64,000 bases of DNA. Source: an uncultured virus (IMG/VR IMGVR_UViG_3300042270_000151) (lineage: Duplodnaviria > Heunggongvirae > Uroviricota > Caudoviricetes). The position numbers and the translations under genes are program-made. This document shows positions 10,152 to 18,286 of the stretch, piece after piece; the first letter of the stretch is position 1, and each line of letters starts with the position of its first letter. The stretch lies in IMG/VR virus record IMGVR_UViG_3300042270_000151, positions 62,001-126,000 of that record. One strand, 5' to 3'. The notes under the pieces were generated by a model. That model worked only from the letters and a program-made list of their open reading frames with translations, did not search any database and was not told the origin of the DNA.

Positions 10152-10583
10152 ATGAAGAGGGGTGTAGGCATGGATGTTACGATAAAGGCGATAGAAACGC
10201 CTCTGGGGCGATTAGAGTACTGCATCGAGCAGGCGAAGGATGCCGTGGACGAGGTCTGTGGGTATCTTCGGGTTATAGGTGTAATGGGGGATGAAAACTA
10301 TAGCGTACGTATTCCGCTAGGGATAGTGAGCCTAAAGAGTTTACCGGCACTGGCGTACGATATGGCAGGGTTCTACATTGGACATTATACTAAGGATCAT
10401 GTTTTGGAGTTAATGGTCTTCAGTGTGGAAGAAGGCACTATAGTGGTTGCACGGGGGGAACGTGGCCCTACCCACGTTATAGGTGACGAGGCGCTCCATA
10501 CCTTTACGTGGAAAGGCAGTGCCTTTACAGTGAGACGTGCGGGCAGTACGGGCGCATTAAGTTTTATTCAGATACGACATTGA
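10152..10583 (+). CDS. Hypothetical protein
   Basis: 143-aa ORF in an operon. Confidence 0.6.
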   Translation: MKRGVGMDVTIKAIETPLGRLEYCIEQAKDAVDEVCGYLRVIGVMGDENYSVRIPLGIVSLKSLPALAYDMAGFYIGHYTKDHVLELMVFSVEEGTIVVARGERGPTHVIGDEALHTFTWKGSAFTVRRAGSTGALSFIQIRH

Positions 10584-10591
10584 GGGGCAGT

Positions 10592-11152
10592 ATGGATTAT
10601 TTAGAGTATAGTTATAAAGAAAACGGTGCCTGGCTAAAGGTACGTAAACGTCACCTGTTATGCTCCACCACGGTCTGCGAAGGGCGGGTATTGTTTGAGG
10701 AGGGGCTGAACCATAGTGCCGGGGTGGTTGTGGTTCGTCCTTTACTGCGTTCAGTCGAGCAGGGCGATATGCTAGGTGTCTACGGGCAGTGGTTCTGTAG
10801 CGAAACGGAAAGCCTCGTAACGGGTTACAGTGAAACGGCTCTGTATAAAACTGAAATACAGGGTGTTACACTGCACCGTGTGGACGAGTGCAACATTCTG
10901 TTAGTGGTCACATCGACCTACGTACGTATGCCGATGGTGGACGTAGTGGGGTTTAGTTTTACCCCTACTGGTAAGACGCTTGATGTAGGTGTCCGACCGT
11001 TTATGATGCACCGTACGAAGGTAACAGAAGAAGGCACCTACTATCAGTGTCGCAGTGCGGATGATAAAACGGTATACTTACATAGTCCCGACGGAGTCGT
11101 CACTCCTACATTAGTAAACCTGTCTGATAAGCAGTGGCGTTTGTTAGGGTAG
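10592..11152 (+). CDS. Hypothetical protein
   Basis: In frame with ORF 10508-11152; ATG 10592 follows GAGGGG and avoids the upstream overlap. Confidence 0.6.
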   Translation: MDYLEYSYKENGAWLKVRKRHLLCSTTVCEGRVLFEEGLNHSAGVVVVRPLLRSVEQGDMLGVYGQWFCSETESLVTGYSETALYKTEIQGVTLHRVDECNILLVVTSTYVRMPMVDVVGFSFTPTGKTLDVGVRPFMMHRTKVTEEGTYYQCRSADDKTVYLHSPDGVVTPTLVNLSDKQWRLLG

Positions 11153-11253
11153 GGACGATCGTATAGACGTACTTAACAAAAGCAGCGGCTAGAAAACGGT
11201 TACTCAAACATACCGAAGGGACGATTGGTTTCTATGGTAGCGGGGGAGGAAAT

Positions 11254-11466
11254 ATGGAAGATACGATCGAGATCACACAGGCTGAATATGAGCGACTGTG
11301 TAAGGTAGAGACGTTGTATCGTTATCACCTGAGCATGTTACGTACTATTGTTACGCAGGGTGAGGGTACTGGTCGTGACCCTAACAACGAACGTGGATTG
11401 GATCCAGACCGATCACTCATTGAAACCAACCCAGAGGCTAAGGCATTTCCACATGTCAGTAACTGA
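11254..11466 (+). CDS. Hypothetical protein
   Basis: GGAGG RBS; 70 aa. Confidence 0.55.
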   Translation: MEDTIEITQAEYERLCKVETLYRYHLSMLRTIVTQGEGTGRDPNNERGLDPDRSLIETNPEAKAFPHVSN

Positions 11467-11911
11467 ACCGCATCTACAGCTGTGGCACCTTTCGTTCGAC
11501 CGCACCCTGGAGACACTATGGTACCCCCGCAAGGAGGTAATAGGTGAACCTGCCCATATCTCAGTATGCCCCACCATCGAACAATGTGTCCAGTCTATGT
11601 ATCCAGGCCTGGGTCGTTTCTTTAAAAATTACCCAGCTTTAGAATACCTTATCTTTCATGTATACAGACCCTTAGGGGTTTCGGATACGCACCTGCTTAC
11701 AAGCGACGTTTTAACACAATGCTCACATGTCGCAACCGCCCACATTACAGGGGAGCACTGGATATTGGAACCTGTTAAAATGGTGCACAATGGTCGAGTG
11801 AAGGTGTATCGCCCTAGGGGGTTTGAGCAGAGTGAGGCGTACAACACGCCGAGGAGAGGGTACTTTATATACCCTACTGATACTACTATCGAATGGCTGG
11901 ATGAAGTGTAA
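11453..11911 (+). CDS. Hypothetical protein, possible ADP-ribosyltransferase-like fold
   Basis: WHLS...ISVCPT...TGEHW pattern; in-frame ATG 11453 chosen to reduce overlap. Confidence 0.5.
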   Translation: MSVTEPHLQLWHLSFDRTLETLWYPRKEVIGEPAHISVCPTIEQCVQSMYPGLGRFFKNYPALEYLIFHVYRPLGVSDTHLLTSDVLTQCSHVATAHITGEHWILEPVKMVHNGRVKVYRPRGFEQSEAYNTPRRGYFIYPTDTTIEWLDEV

Positions 11912-12228
11912 TGGATGGGTCAGTTAAAAAACTTGCACTGGGATGTGAGTGGGTCGGTCGACCCTTAATGACACGTACCCAGGGTGAACATCTCGCATGC
12001 CATATGGGGCTAACCCCGCACTCTACGCTAGAAATACACTTGTCAGAAGGCGTCATAGCGGTAGGGGGTTTCTGGTTAGGACTATGTTCAACTATAGTAG
12101 AGAACTGTAGTACGTTAGCTGAGGCATACTCCCGTATACGGCTCATGGAGGCCGGTGCGTGTCAACGGATGGAATTTGAACGTGCAGTCTGTCGCGCTAT
12201 GGGAAAGGTGTATACGGCGTCTGATTAA
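11911..12228 (+). CDS. Hypothetical protein
   Basis: TAATG stop-start coupling with the preceding ORF. Confidence 0.55.
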   Translation: MDGSVKKLALGCEWVGRPLMTRTQGEHLACHMGLTPHSTLEIHLSEGVIAVGGFWLGLCSTIVENCSTLAEAYSRIRLMEAGACQRMEFERAVCRAMGKVYTASD

Positions 12229-12264
12229 TTTCTACATGCGCACTATATAGTTTGTAGAAACAGT

Positions 12265-12349
12265 GCCCGGATGATGGAATTGGTAGACATTGGTGTTTTA
12301 AGTTCACCTGCCTTATGGTGTGCGGGTTCGAGTCTCCCATTCCGCACCA
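12265..12349 (+). tRNA. tRNA-Leu(TAA)-like gene, chimeric or pseudo-tRNA
   Basis: GCCCGGATGATGGAATTGGTAGAC D-arm, GGTG/CACC anticodon stem with TAA, long variable arm, TTCGAGT T-loop and encoded CCA; acceptor strands do not pair and the T-stem is imperfect. Confidence 0.7.
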
Positions 12350-12492
12350 TGTAAGGTAGGGGTCTAATCACGTAAGACCCACCATATTGAATAGTAGTCT
12401 CCCACTCCATTTAGGAGTGGTAGACTATGCTGTTAAACCGAATCCTCTGTGCATGGCACATCGATATCGATATCAGTTTATAGAGGCTTATT

Positions 12493-13788
12493 ATGGCTAC
12501 AAAAATCATGCGAGAGCCTTGGCTCTGGAAACGGTTTACGTCCAATGCGATTGAACAATATCTAGGGACCCCGGGTGAACCGATTATTGACCTGCGCACA
12601 GGCGTACCCACACTTCACATCTGTGACGGTGTTACCCCCGGTGGCGTGGCAATGTCAATGGACGTGTCCTTCGAGGGCATCGCGCGCCCCACAATTATTT
12701 CTCCTTTGAACGGTGCGACTGGGGTAACTATTCGCCCTATCATTACGGCCTCCAGTTTTAATGGGGTGCTGGCAGACGGTACTCAGGATACCCACGTTGC
12801 ATCTATCTGGAATTTCTATGGGGATGTTAATAAAACTAACCTTTTGTTTACCAGTGGTCGCACCACCACCGCGTTGACAACCTTTGATGTTGAAGGGTTT
12901 TACGCATTCGCAGCGAGCACCGCTGTGTATGTAGAGGTTATTTATGAAGGCAGTACCGGCGGAACAGCTACCTCTCCCCTAACCACCTTCACGACCACGT
13001 CGATTGCACCCAGTACGCCCTCTGTGACAGGCCCTACAAATGGCTCTACCGATGTAGTATTGCGTCCTACACTCAGTGCATCTGCGTTTGCAATTGAGAA
13101 CAATGAGGTCCATAGTGGCACCCAGTTTCAATTAGCAACCAACACCGGTTTTACGACTGGACTGGTAAACAGTGGTGAATTGGGTGCCGTGAGTAGCTGG
13201 CAGCCTAGTAGTAATCTGGCAGAAGGTACCCAGTATTACGCCCGCGTACGTTATAAGGATAGTACGGGTGACTGGTCAGCCTGGAGTGCCTATATTGGGT
13301 TTAAAACTGAAACGCTGATCGGGGTAGGCACTACGCTGCCCGATGGCGGTATCGTTTTCGGTCAGGAGGGAGGCGACTGGCTGGTCGTTGCACCCGCTTC
13401 ACAGCATCAGACTAAAGCATGGGGTCTCTACGGTACCGATACGAGCCTTCCCAACGTAGGGTCCGGGGCCCCACCGAATGACCCTAACTCCTCAGAGTAC
13501 AATACGGACGTACTGGTTAATAACTACAACGGCGCTACCGCTGCAGAATACTGCCGTAGTCTAGGGTACGACTTACCCAATGCTAAGGATCTGCAGCTTA
13601 TCTACAATAATCGGACTCAGATTAATGCAGCGGACGCTACCGGTAACCTACCCACGTCGTACGTCTGGTCCTCTTCCGAGTACAATTCCTACTTCGCCTG
13701 GTGCCTGAACTTTGGCAATGGGAATTGGTACTACAGCACCAAGAGCAACAGTTACTGGGTAGTGCCTTTCCGGAGAATACCCGTTTAA
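12493..13788 (+). CDS. DGR target protein: putative adhesin/receptor-binding protein (Mtd-N-like N-terminus, FN3/Ig-like repeats, C-terminal C-type-lectin-like variable domain)
   Basis: N-terminal GEPIID...LHICDGVTPGG; FN3-like YYARVRYKD...WSAWS; C-terminal LPNAKDL...YVWSSSE...VVPFRR containing the VR. Confidence 0.85.
   Translation: MATKIMREPWLWKRFTSNAIEQYLGTPGEPIIDLRTGVPTLHICDGVTPGGVAMSMDVSFEGIARPTIISPLNGATGVTIRPIITASSFNGVLADGTQDTHVASIWNFYGDVNKTNLLFTSGRTTTALTTFDVEGFYAFAASTAVYVEVIYEGSTGGTATSPLTTFTTTSIAPSTPSVTGPTNGSTDVVLRPTLSASAFAIENNEVHSGTQFQLATNTGFTTGLVNSGELGAVSSWQPSSNLAEGTQYYARVRYKDSTGDWSAWSAYIGFKTETLIGVGTTLPDGGIVFGQEGGDWLVVAPASQHQTKAWGLYGTDTSLPNVGSGAPPNDPNSSEYNTDVLVNNYNGATAAEYCRSLGYDLPNAKDLQLIYNNRTQINAADATGNLPTSYVWSSSEYNSYFAWCLNFGNGNWYYSTKSNSYWVVPFRRIPV
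13652..13776 (+). repeat. DGR variable repeat (VR)
   Basis: 125-nt ungapped match to 14578-14702 with 15 mismatches, all opposite TR adenines. Confidence 0.96.
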
Positions 13789-13798
13789 ACGGGTATTC
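13775..13798. promoter_or_regulatory. Perfect palindrome just after the VR (DGR target-recognition hairpin candidate)
   Basis: GAATACCCGTTT/AAACGGGTATTC spanning the target stop codon; absent after the TR. Confidence 0.75.
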
Positions 13799-13949
13799 AC
13801 TTTCAATACTCTGTCACTGTGAGTGTCCTTTAAAGGACACTGCTTTTAGGGCTTGCCCTTTGTAGGGCTGCCCTTACTACCCTTACTCCATTTAAAAGCC
13901 CTACAGGCTACCCAGCCCCTTTGTAGGGACTGGGTCCAAAATGTATGCC

Positions 13950-13990
13950 CCCTGTAACCGCGCGTGGGCGGTTACAGGGTGTTTTTTTTA
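13950..13990 (+). terminator. Intrinsic terminator between the target gene and avd
   Basis: CCTGTAACCGC/GCGGTTACAGG stem followed by a T tract. Confidence 0.7.
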
Positions 13991-14013
13991 TTTACCAACC
14001 CACTGTATTTTGT

Positions 14014-14418
14014 ATGACAAATCTAGAGCATCAAATTCAACCTCACGAACGTACAAAATTATATCAGCTGGCAAGGAGTATACTCAAAGACACCCACATT
14101 TTAGTATCACGAATGCCTAAGCAGTTTAAATTTACCTTAGGTACGAAGCTAATCGATCAGGCCACTAGTCTGACTCTTTCAATATTCTTAGCCTACGAGG
14201 AGGTTAATGACAGAAATAGAAAATTGCAACTAGTAAAGGAGATAAATCACCACCTCCAAGCATTGCTCTTATCATATCGTATTGCCTATGATGTGCGTGC
14301 GGTGTCGACTGGAGAGCGCGGACAAATTGGGTTTGGTAAACAAGTCCAACGACTCGTTGCCTGTACAGTACAGCAAAAACAGTGGGCTGGTGCAATTATA
14401 ACCGACGCCAGAATTTAA
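14014..14418 (+). CDS. avd: DGR accessory variability determinant (Avd-like four-helix bundle)
   Basis: Basic helical 134-aa protein with MPKQFKFTLGTKL between target and TR; ATG 14014 chosen because 13945 lies before a terminator. Confidence 0.82.
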   Translation: MTNLEHQIQPHERTKLYQLARSILKDTHILVSRMPKQFKFTLGTKLIDQATSLTLSIFLAYEEVNDRNRKLQLVKEINHHLQALLLSYRIAYDVRAVSTGERGQIGFGKQVQRLVACTVQQKQWAGAIITDARI

Positions 14419-14577
14419 CATTACGAATGGACTATCGGAGACACAGACAGAGTGCGCTTAGACCAAGGTCGGCGTAGACGTCCACTATCTCGGACCATAG
14501 CACCCATGCGGTAAAAGGCTAAAAGCGTCTAACCGAGGTGGCGACATGTCGGTGTGATTCGAGTCTATGGTCTAACA

Positions 14578-14702
14578 CCACGACGAACGTCTGGTCCTCT
14601 ACCGAGAACAATTCCAACAACGCCTGGAACCTGAACTTTGGCAATGGGAATTGGAACAACAACAACAAGAACAACAGTAACTGGGTAGTGCCTTTCCGGA
14701 GA
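14578..14702 (+). repeat. DGR template repeat (TR)
   Basis: Non-coding AAC-rich copy of the VR (16 AAY codons in the VR frame), 8 nt upstream of the RT start. Confidence 0.96.
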
Positions 14703-14710
14703 TAAAGCAA

Positions 14711-15844
14711 GTGTCTACACCGATAGTCCTTCGGGACCGGTACACGTACGAAGATATACTTTATGCCTATCTAGACTGTAGGCGTTTGAAGCGCAACAAG
14801 CGTTCAGCCCTTGAATTTGAGCTAAGGTTCGAGGACAATCTTTTAACTCTATTAGACGAGGTGAACAACGGCAATTATGAGATAGGTCGATCCGAGGTCT
14901 TCGTAGTAACGCGACCTAAACCTCGGGAGATATGGGCGGCACAGTTTAGGGATCGTATCGTACACCACCTTATCTACGCAGATATTGGCCGATACTTAGA
15001 GGAACGCTTTATTGAGGATACCTACAGCTGCATTAAGGGTAGGGGTACACTAGCCGCCTCGAATAGGGTCACCGCGCTACATCGCAGGGTAACCCGTAAC
15101 TACGCAACTGACTGCTTCGTTCTACAGTTTGATATAAAGAACTTTTTCGTATCTATAAACAAGTACATACTGTGGGATAAGTTTGAACGACATGTGGGTG
15201 AACCTTCATCGTCCCTCACATCTAATCTACTTTACCTGGTACTGTGGAACGACCCTACGGTAAATCCGATTATAAAACCGAATAGCCAGTTTGAGCTCGT
15301 ACCTAAACACAAGTCACTTTGGAACGTACCGTATAACTATGGCTTACCGATCGGAAATCTGTTGAGTCAAGTTGCAAGTAACGTGTATCTAGATGACTTT
15401 GATAAATTTGTCAAGCATGTTTTAGGCGTGAAAGCCTACGTTCGCTACGTAGACGACGCGGTTATTCTCTCAACCAACCGCAGCGAGCTGGAAGAATGGA
15501 AAGTACAAATCGGACAATACTTGAAACAACGACTTGAGTTAACTGTCCATCCAGATAAATGTACCATTACGCCGGCCTCACAAGGCATTAATTTCGTAGG
15601 ATACGTCCATAAACCATGGAGACGATATACGCGGAATTGTATATTGACTACAGCTAATTCAATTGTAGTCGACTACAGTGATTTTTGGACAGAGCGGGAT
15701 CGTGTACAGTCAACGATTAATAGCTACTTAGGGCACATGGTGCACTCTACTTCATTTAATGTCCGTAGACGTTTAGTAGAGCAACACACTATCCCTGGCT
15801 TTTTTACTACCGATTCAAACTGCACCCGTTTAATAAAGCTATAA
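14711..15844 (+). CDS. DGR reverse transcriptase
   Basis: KPREI..FRDRIVHH, FDIKNFF, GLPIGNLLSQ (DGR-type GxxxSQ), YVRYVDD and GINFVGY; 377 aa with no maturase or endonuclease extension. Confidence 0.95.
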   Translation: MSTPIVLRDRYTYEDILYAYLDCRRLKRNKRSALEFELRFEDNLLTLLDEVNNGNYEIGRSEVFVVTRPKPREIWAAQFRDRIVHHLIYADIGRYLEERFIEDTYSCIKGRGTLAASNRVTALHRRVTRNYATDCFVLQFDIKNFFVSINKYILWDKFERHVGEPSSSLTSNLLYLVLWNDPTVNPIIKPNSQFELVPKHKSLWNVPYNYGLPIGNLLSQVASNVYLDDFDKFVKHVLGVKAYVRYVDDAVILSTNRSELEEWKVQIGQYLKQRLELTVHPDKCTITPASQGINFVGYVHKPWRRYTRNCILTTANSIVVDYSDFWTERDRVQSTINSYLGHMVHSTSFNVRRRLVEQHTIPGFFTTDSNCTRLIKL

Positions 15845-15868
15845 CCATTACCCATTCTGGGGTAATGG
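15845..15868 (+). terminator. Hairpin after the RT gene
   Basis: CCATTACCC/GGGTAATGG stem followed by T-rich sequence. Confidence 0.55.
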
Positions 15869-15895
15869 GATTTATGCTTTCATTTCAATTTTACA

Positions 15896-15905
15896 CCTAT
15901 ATCAC
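15896..15905 (+). promoter_or_regulatory. Early promoter motif variant CCTATATCAC
   Basis: One mismatch to CCTATATTAC; heads a small-gene cluster. Confidence 0.7.
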
Positions 15906-15941
15906 CTTAATGGATACACCCAACAGTCTAAGGAGACTACC

Positions 15942-16166
15942 ATGAACATTCAATCCCCTACTTTCAATGTCCAACATGCCATCCGCTCACTCGAGCTTAT
16001 GGTAGGCGACAAGCGCCACCTCAATGAGGAAGATTGTCTAGTTTCTGCCCTCCTTAAAGAGGGGCGAGATTTAATTAAGGCCGAGGTTGATCTGGAGCCT
16101 TGGCTTGCCCGAGTCAAGGAAATTAACCGTGCCCTCTCACTGCGCCAGGTAGGAGTACATTTCTAA
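15942..16166 (+). CDS. Hypothetical early protein
   Basis: AAGGAG RBS; 74 aa. Confidence 0.65.
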   Translation: MNIQSPTFNVQHAIRSLELMVGDKRHLNEEDCLVSALLKEGRDLIKAEVDLEPWLARVKEINRALSLRQVGVHF

Positions 16167-16723
16167 TGAGTAATAAACATAGCGTTAAACTTACCTCCAT
16201 AAAAGGTAAGGCACTTACGTCCTTCCAGCGCTCTCTGGTCAATAACATGGCCCGTAAGGTTCTTATTGTCGGAGGCCTACTTACCCAACGCGTAGAGGTG
16301 TATGGGTGTGAGGCCATTGGCAATTATGTAAATGGTACTCAAAAGCGAGCGGAAGCTATCCAGTTCGTCCTTAATCACTATAAGACCTACCCCCGGAACT
16401 GGCAGTTCTGGTGTGCAGTCTTTTATAAGGATAAGCCTACCGGAGTTACCCAGTACAGTTCGGCTCTGTTCGAACCCCTCTATGGTACGTCTAAAGACAT
16501 TGATTGCCATCTAACCCCGATGGTGGATCAGTTTGTAAAAGACGGAGATAACGTCAACCTATGTTCCTATGGGTGGATCGCAATCCCGTCTGACGAGGTT
16601 GAGATTGACGACGACGCCGAGGAGGCGTTCGTTCGACTATTCGAAGCGAAGAACTGCTATGACAAAGAGCATGGCAAAAACATGCTGTTGGCGCGTAAGA
16701 TAGAGTGGGCCGGTAAGGCCTAA
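16166..16723 (+). CDS. Hypothetical early protein
   Basis: TAATG coupling, AGGAG RBS; 185 aa. Confidence 0.65.
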   Translation: MSNKHSVKLTSIKGKALTSFQRSLVNNMARKVLIVGGLLTQRVEVYGCEAIGNYVNGTQKRAEAIQFVLNHYKTYPRNWQFWCAVFYKDKPTGVTQYSSALFEPLYGTSKDIDCHLTPMVDQFVKDGDNVNLCSYGWIAIPSDEVEIDDDAEEAFVRLFEAKNCYDKEHGKNMLLARKIEWAGKA

Positions 16724-16732
16724 GGAGATAAG

Positions 16733-17077
16733 ATGATGAAGAAAATGGAATTGGCCGTATTGGCTGATATTGAAGAACAACTTACCATTCTGCAAGCGAT
16801 TGGTAAACGCAACTTACAGACTGATAACCGACATGCCCTGACCGACTTATCCCCCACCTTGAATCTCAGCTTTTCAGAGCTTAAAGACATGATGGGCCGA
16901 GAGCGCCTGCGCAGCGCCTTCTTGACCGAGATCGTCAATAATTTGACCCAACGTAAGTTGATCGTTAAGGTGCGCAAAGATTCACTGGCGATTATTAAAC
17001 CATTTATTGAAGAGAATGGTGAGTACGGGTCGTTAGATGACGTTAAAGCGCGTATCCGTAAGCACGTAAACAAGTAA
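16733..17077 (+). CDS. Hypothetical early protein
   Basis: AAGGAG RBS; 114 aa. Confidence 0.65.
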   Translation: MMKKMELAVLADIEEQLTILQAIGKRNLQTDNRHALTDLSPTLNLSFSELKDMMGRERLRSAFLTEIVNNLTQRKLIVKVRKDSLAIIKPFIEENGEYGSLDDVKARIRKHVNK

Positions 17078-17114
17078 CACCTACTTACAAATACCGAGTC
17101 CTAAGGAGGACACC

Positions 17115-17570
17115 ATGATCCCATTAATGGAAATGGCTTTGGTTATTGAATTGATGTCCGGACACACAGACGCACGTGTGTCTCTGGAGCATAAGTGTCT
17201 GATCGAGAACGCCATCTACGAGGCGGCTGATCAGGGACCTAAGGGCATGGCCCTGGCCACAGAGGTTGCCCTTAACCGTCTGGAAGCCGGTTACCGGTAC
17301 AAGGACACCTCATGCACAATCATCCACGACCACAAACAGTTCTCGTGGACCAGTACGCCGGCTGATAAGCGTCGTGTGTATACGCTTGAAGAGGAGCGTG
17401 CTGCAGCGCAGGTAGTGTATACCTACCTGTATGAAAACCCGAAGCGTATGTTACCTAAAAACACGCTTCATTACCTGAATACCCGTACTGCGACGGACAT
17501 GTCGTGGTACGATCCTAAGAAAGTTGTGCTGACCTATGGTGGCCACACCTTTCTAAAAGACATTAAATAA
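17115..17570 (+). CDS. SleB/CwlJ-like cell wall hydrolase (Hydrolase_2)
   Basis: CLIENAIYEA..QG..G..A...V.LNR, QFSW and GGHTF motifs. Confidence 0.82.
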   Translation: MIPLMEMALVIELMSGHTDARVSLEHKCLIENAIYEAADQGPKGMALATEVALNRLEAGYRYKDTSCTIIHDHKQFSWTSTPADKRRVYTLEEERAAAQVVYTYLYENPKRMLPKNTLHYLNTRTATDMSWYDPKKVVLTYGGHTFLKDIK

Positions 17571-17599
17571 TTATACCACGTCCTAAGGAGGACACAGTT

Positions 17600-18157
17600 A
17601 TGGCTATCTTTGCAGAAAAAAACGGCGTGCTGTACATGCGCGCCTCAGGTAAGGACGAAGAAAACGTCTATTACCAAATATTGTTAGGGGAGAATGATAA
17701 CTCCCCCTTCATCCAGACTATCCTAATCGAGGACATTCTGAATATTAAACATAAGCCCAGTGGGTTCTACCACAGGGCACTTGTCCCTAAGGGGGCTATA
17801 CACACTGGCAATGGGCACATGTACCCGCTGCGCCTACTACTGGGCTCCCACGAGGAGCGACAGATTTCGTCTGCCCGTCGAGGCACTCGCATACCCGATA
17901 GCGGGTGGATTCAGAGATCCAAGAAACGCATCTTCAATGCATTGGGTATAGATGCGTTGGTGGACCTTACCCCTGATGATGAAGGGTATCGAGATACCCA
18001 ACGTATGTTAGCCCTAGAGTACGTCTTCGAAGAGAAAGAGGCACTGATCTCAGCCGAGGCATGGGGCCTTATAGAGGGAACACCTGGTATTGAATGTAAG
18101 GGTCAGTTTGATACGGGCTATCACGTTCGTGTTATTCCGAAGGTAAAGGCCCTGTAA
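17600..18157 (+). CDS. Hypothetical protein
   Basis: AAGGAGG RBS; 185 aa. Confidence 0.65.
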   Translation: MAIFAEKNGVLYMRASGKDEENVYYQILLGENDNSPFIQTILIEDILNIKHKPSGFYHRALVPKGAIHTGNGHMYPLRLLLGSHEERQISSARRGTRIPDSGWIQRSKKRIFNALGIDALVDLTPDDEGYRDTQRMLALEYVFEEKEALISAEAWGLIEGTPGIECKGQFDTGYHVRVIPKVKAL

Positions 18158-18181
18158 TTAGCGATCCAGTGATATTTAAGG

Positions 18182-18191
18182 CCTATATCAC
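18182..18191 (+). promoter_or_regulatory. Early promoter motif variant CCTATATCAC
   Basis: Same variant as 15896 and followed by the same TTAATGGA. Confidence 0.7.
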
Positions 18192-18286
18192 TTTAATGGA
18201 GATACGTGAATAAACAGTCTCCGTCAGCATTCTATTATACCTAACGGTGACGCTGACCACCGCAAATCCCTAAGGAGGGAATTACA

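Larger units (their letters stand above)
12493..15844 (+). mobile_element. Complete diversity-generating retroelement (target/VR - avd - TR - RT)
   Basis: All four components in canonical order; VR/TR mismatches only at adenines. Confidence 0.95.

Noticed and set aside
13945..14013. Longer N-terminus for Avd from ATG 13945
   Set aside because: It runs through a terminator hairpin and T tract; ATG 14014 is more plausible.
14519..14710. Minus-strand 63-aa Leu-rich ORF, and the AAC run as a microsatellite
   Set aside because: Both are by-products of the AAC-rich template repeat.
14711..15844. RT as a group II intron, retron or Abi RT
   Set aside because: Short RT with GxxxSQ, no maturase or endonuclease domain, and an adjacent avd plus adenine-specific TR/VR pair identify a DGR.
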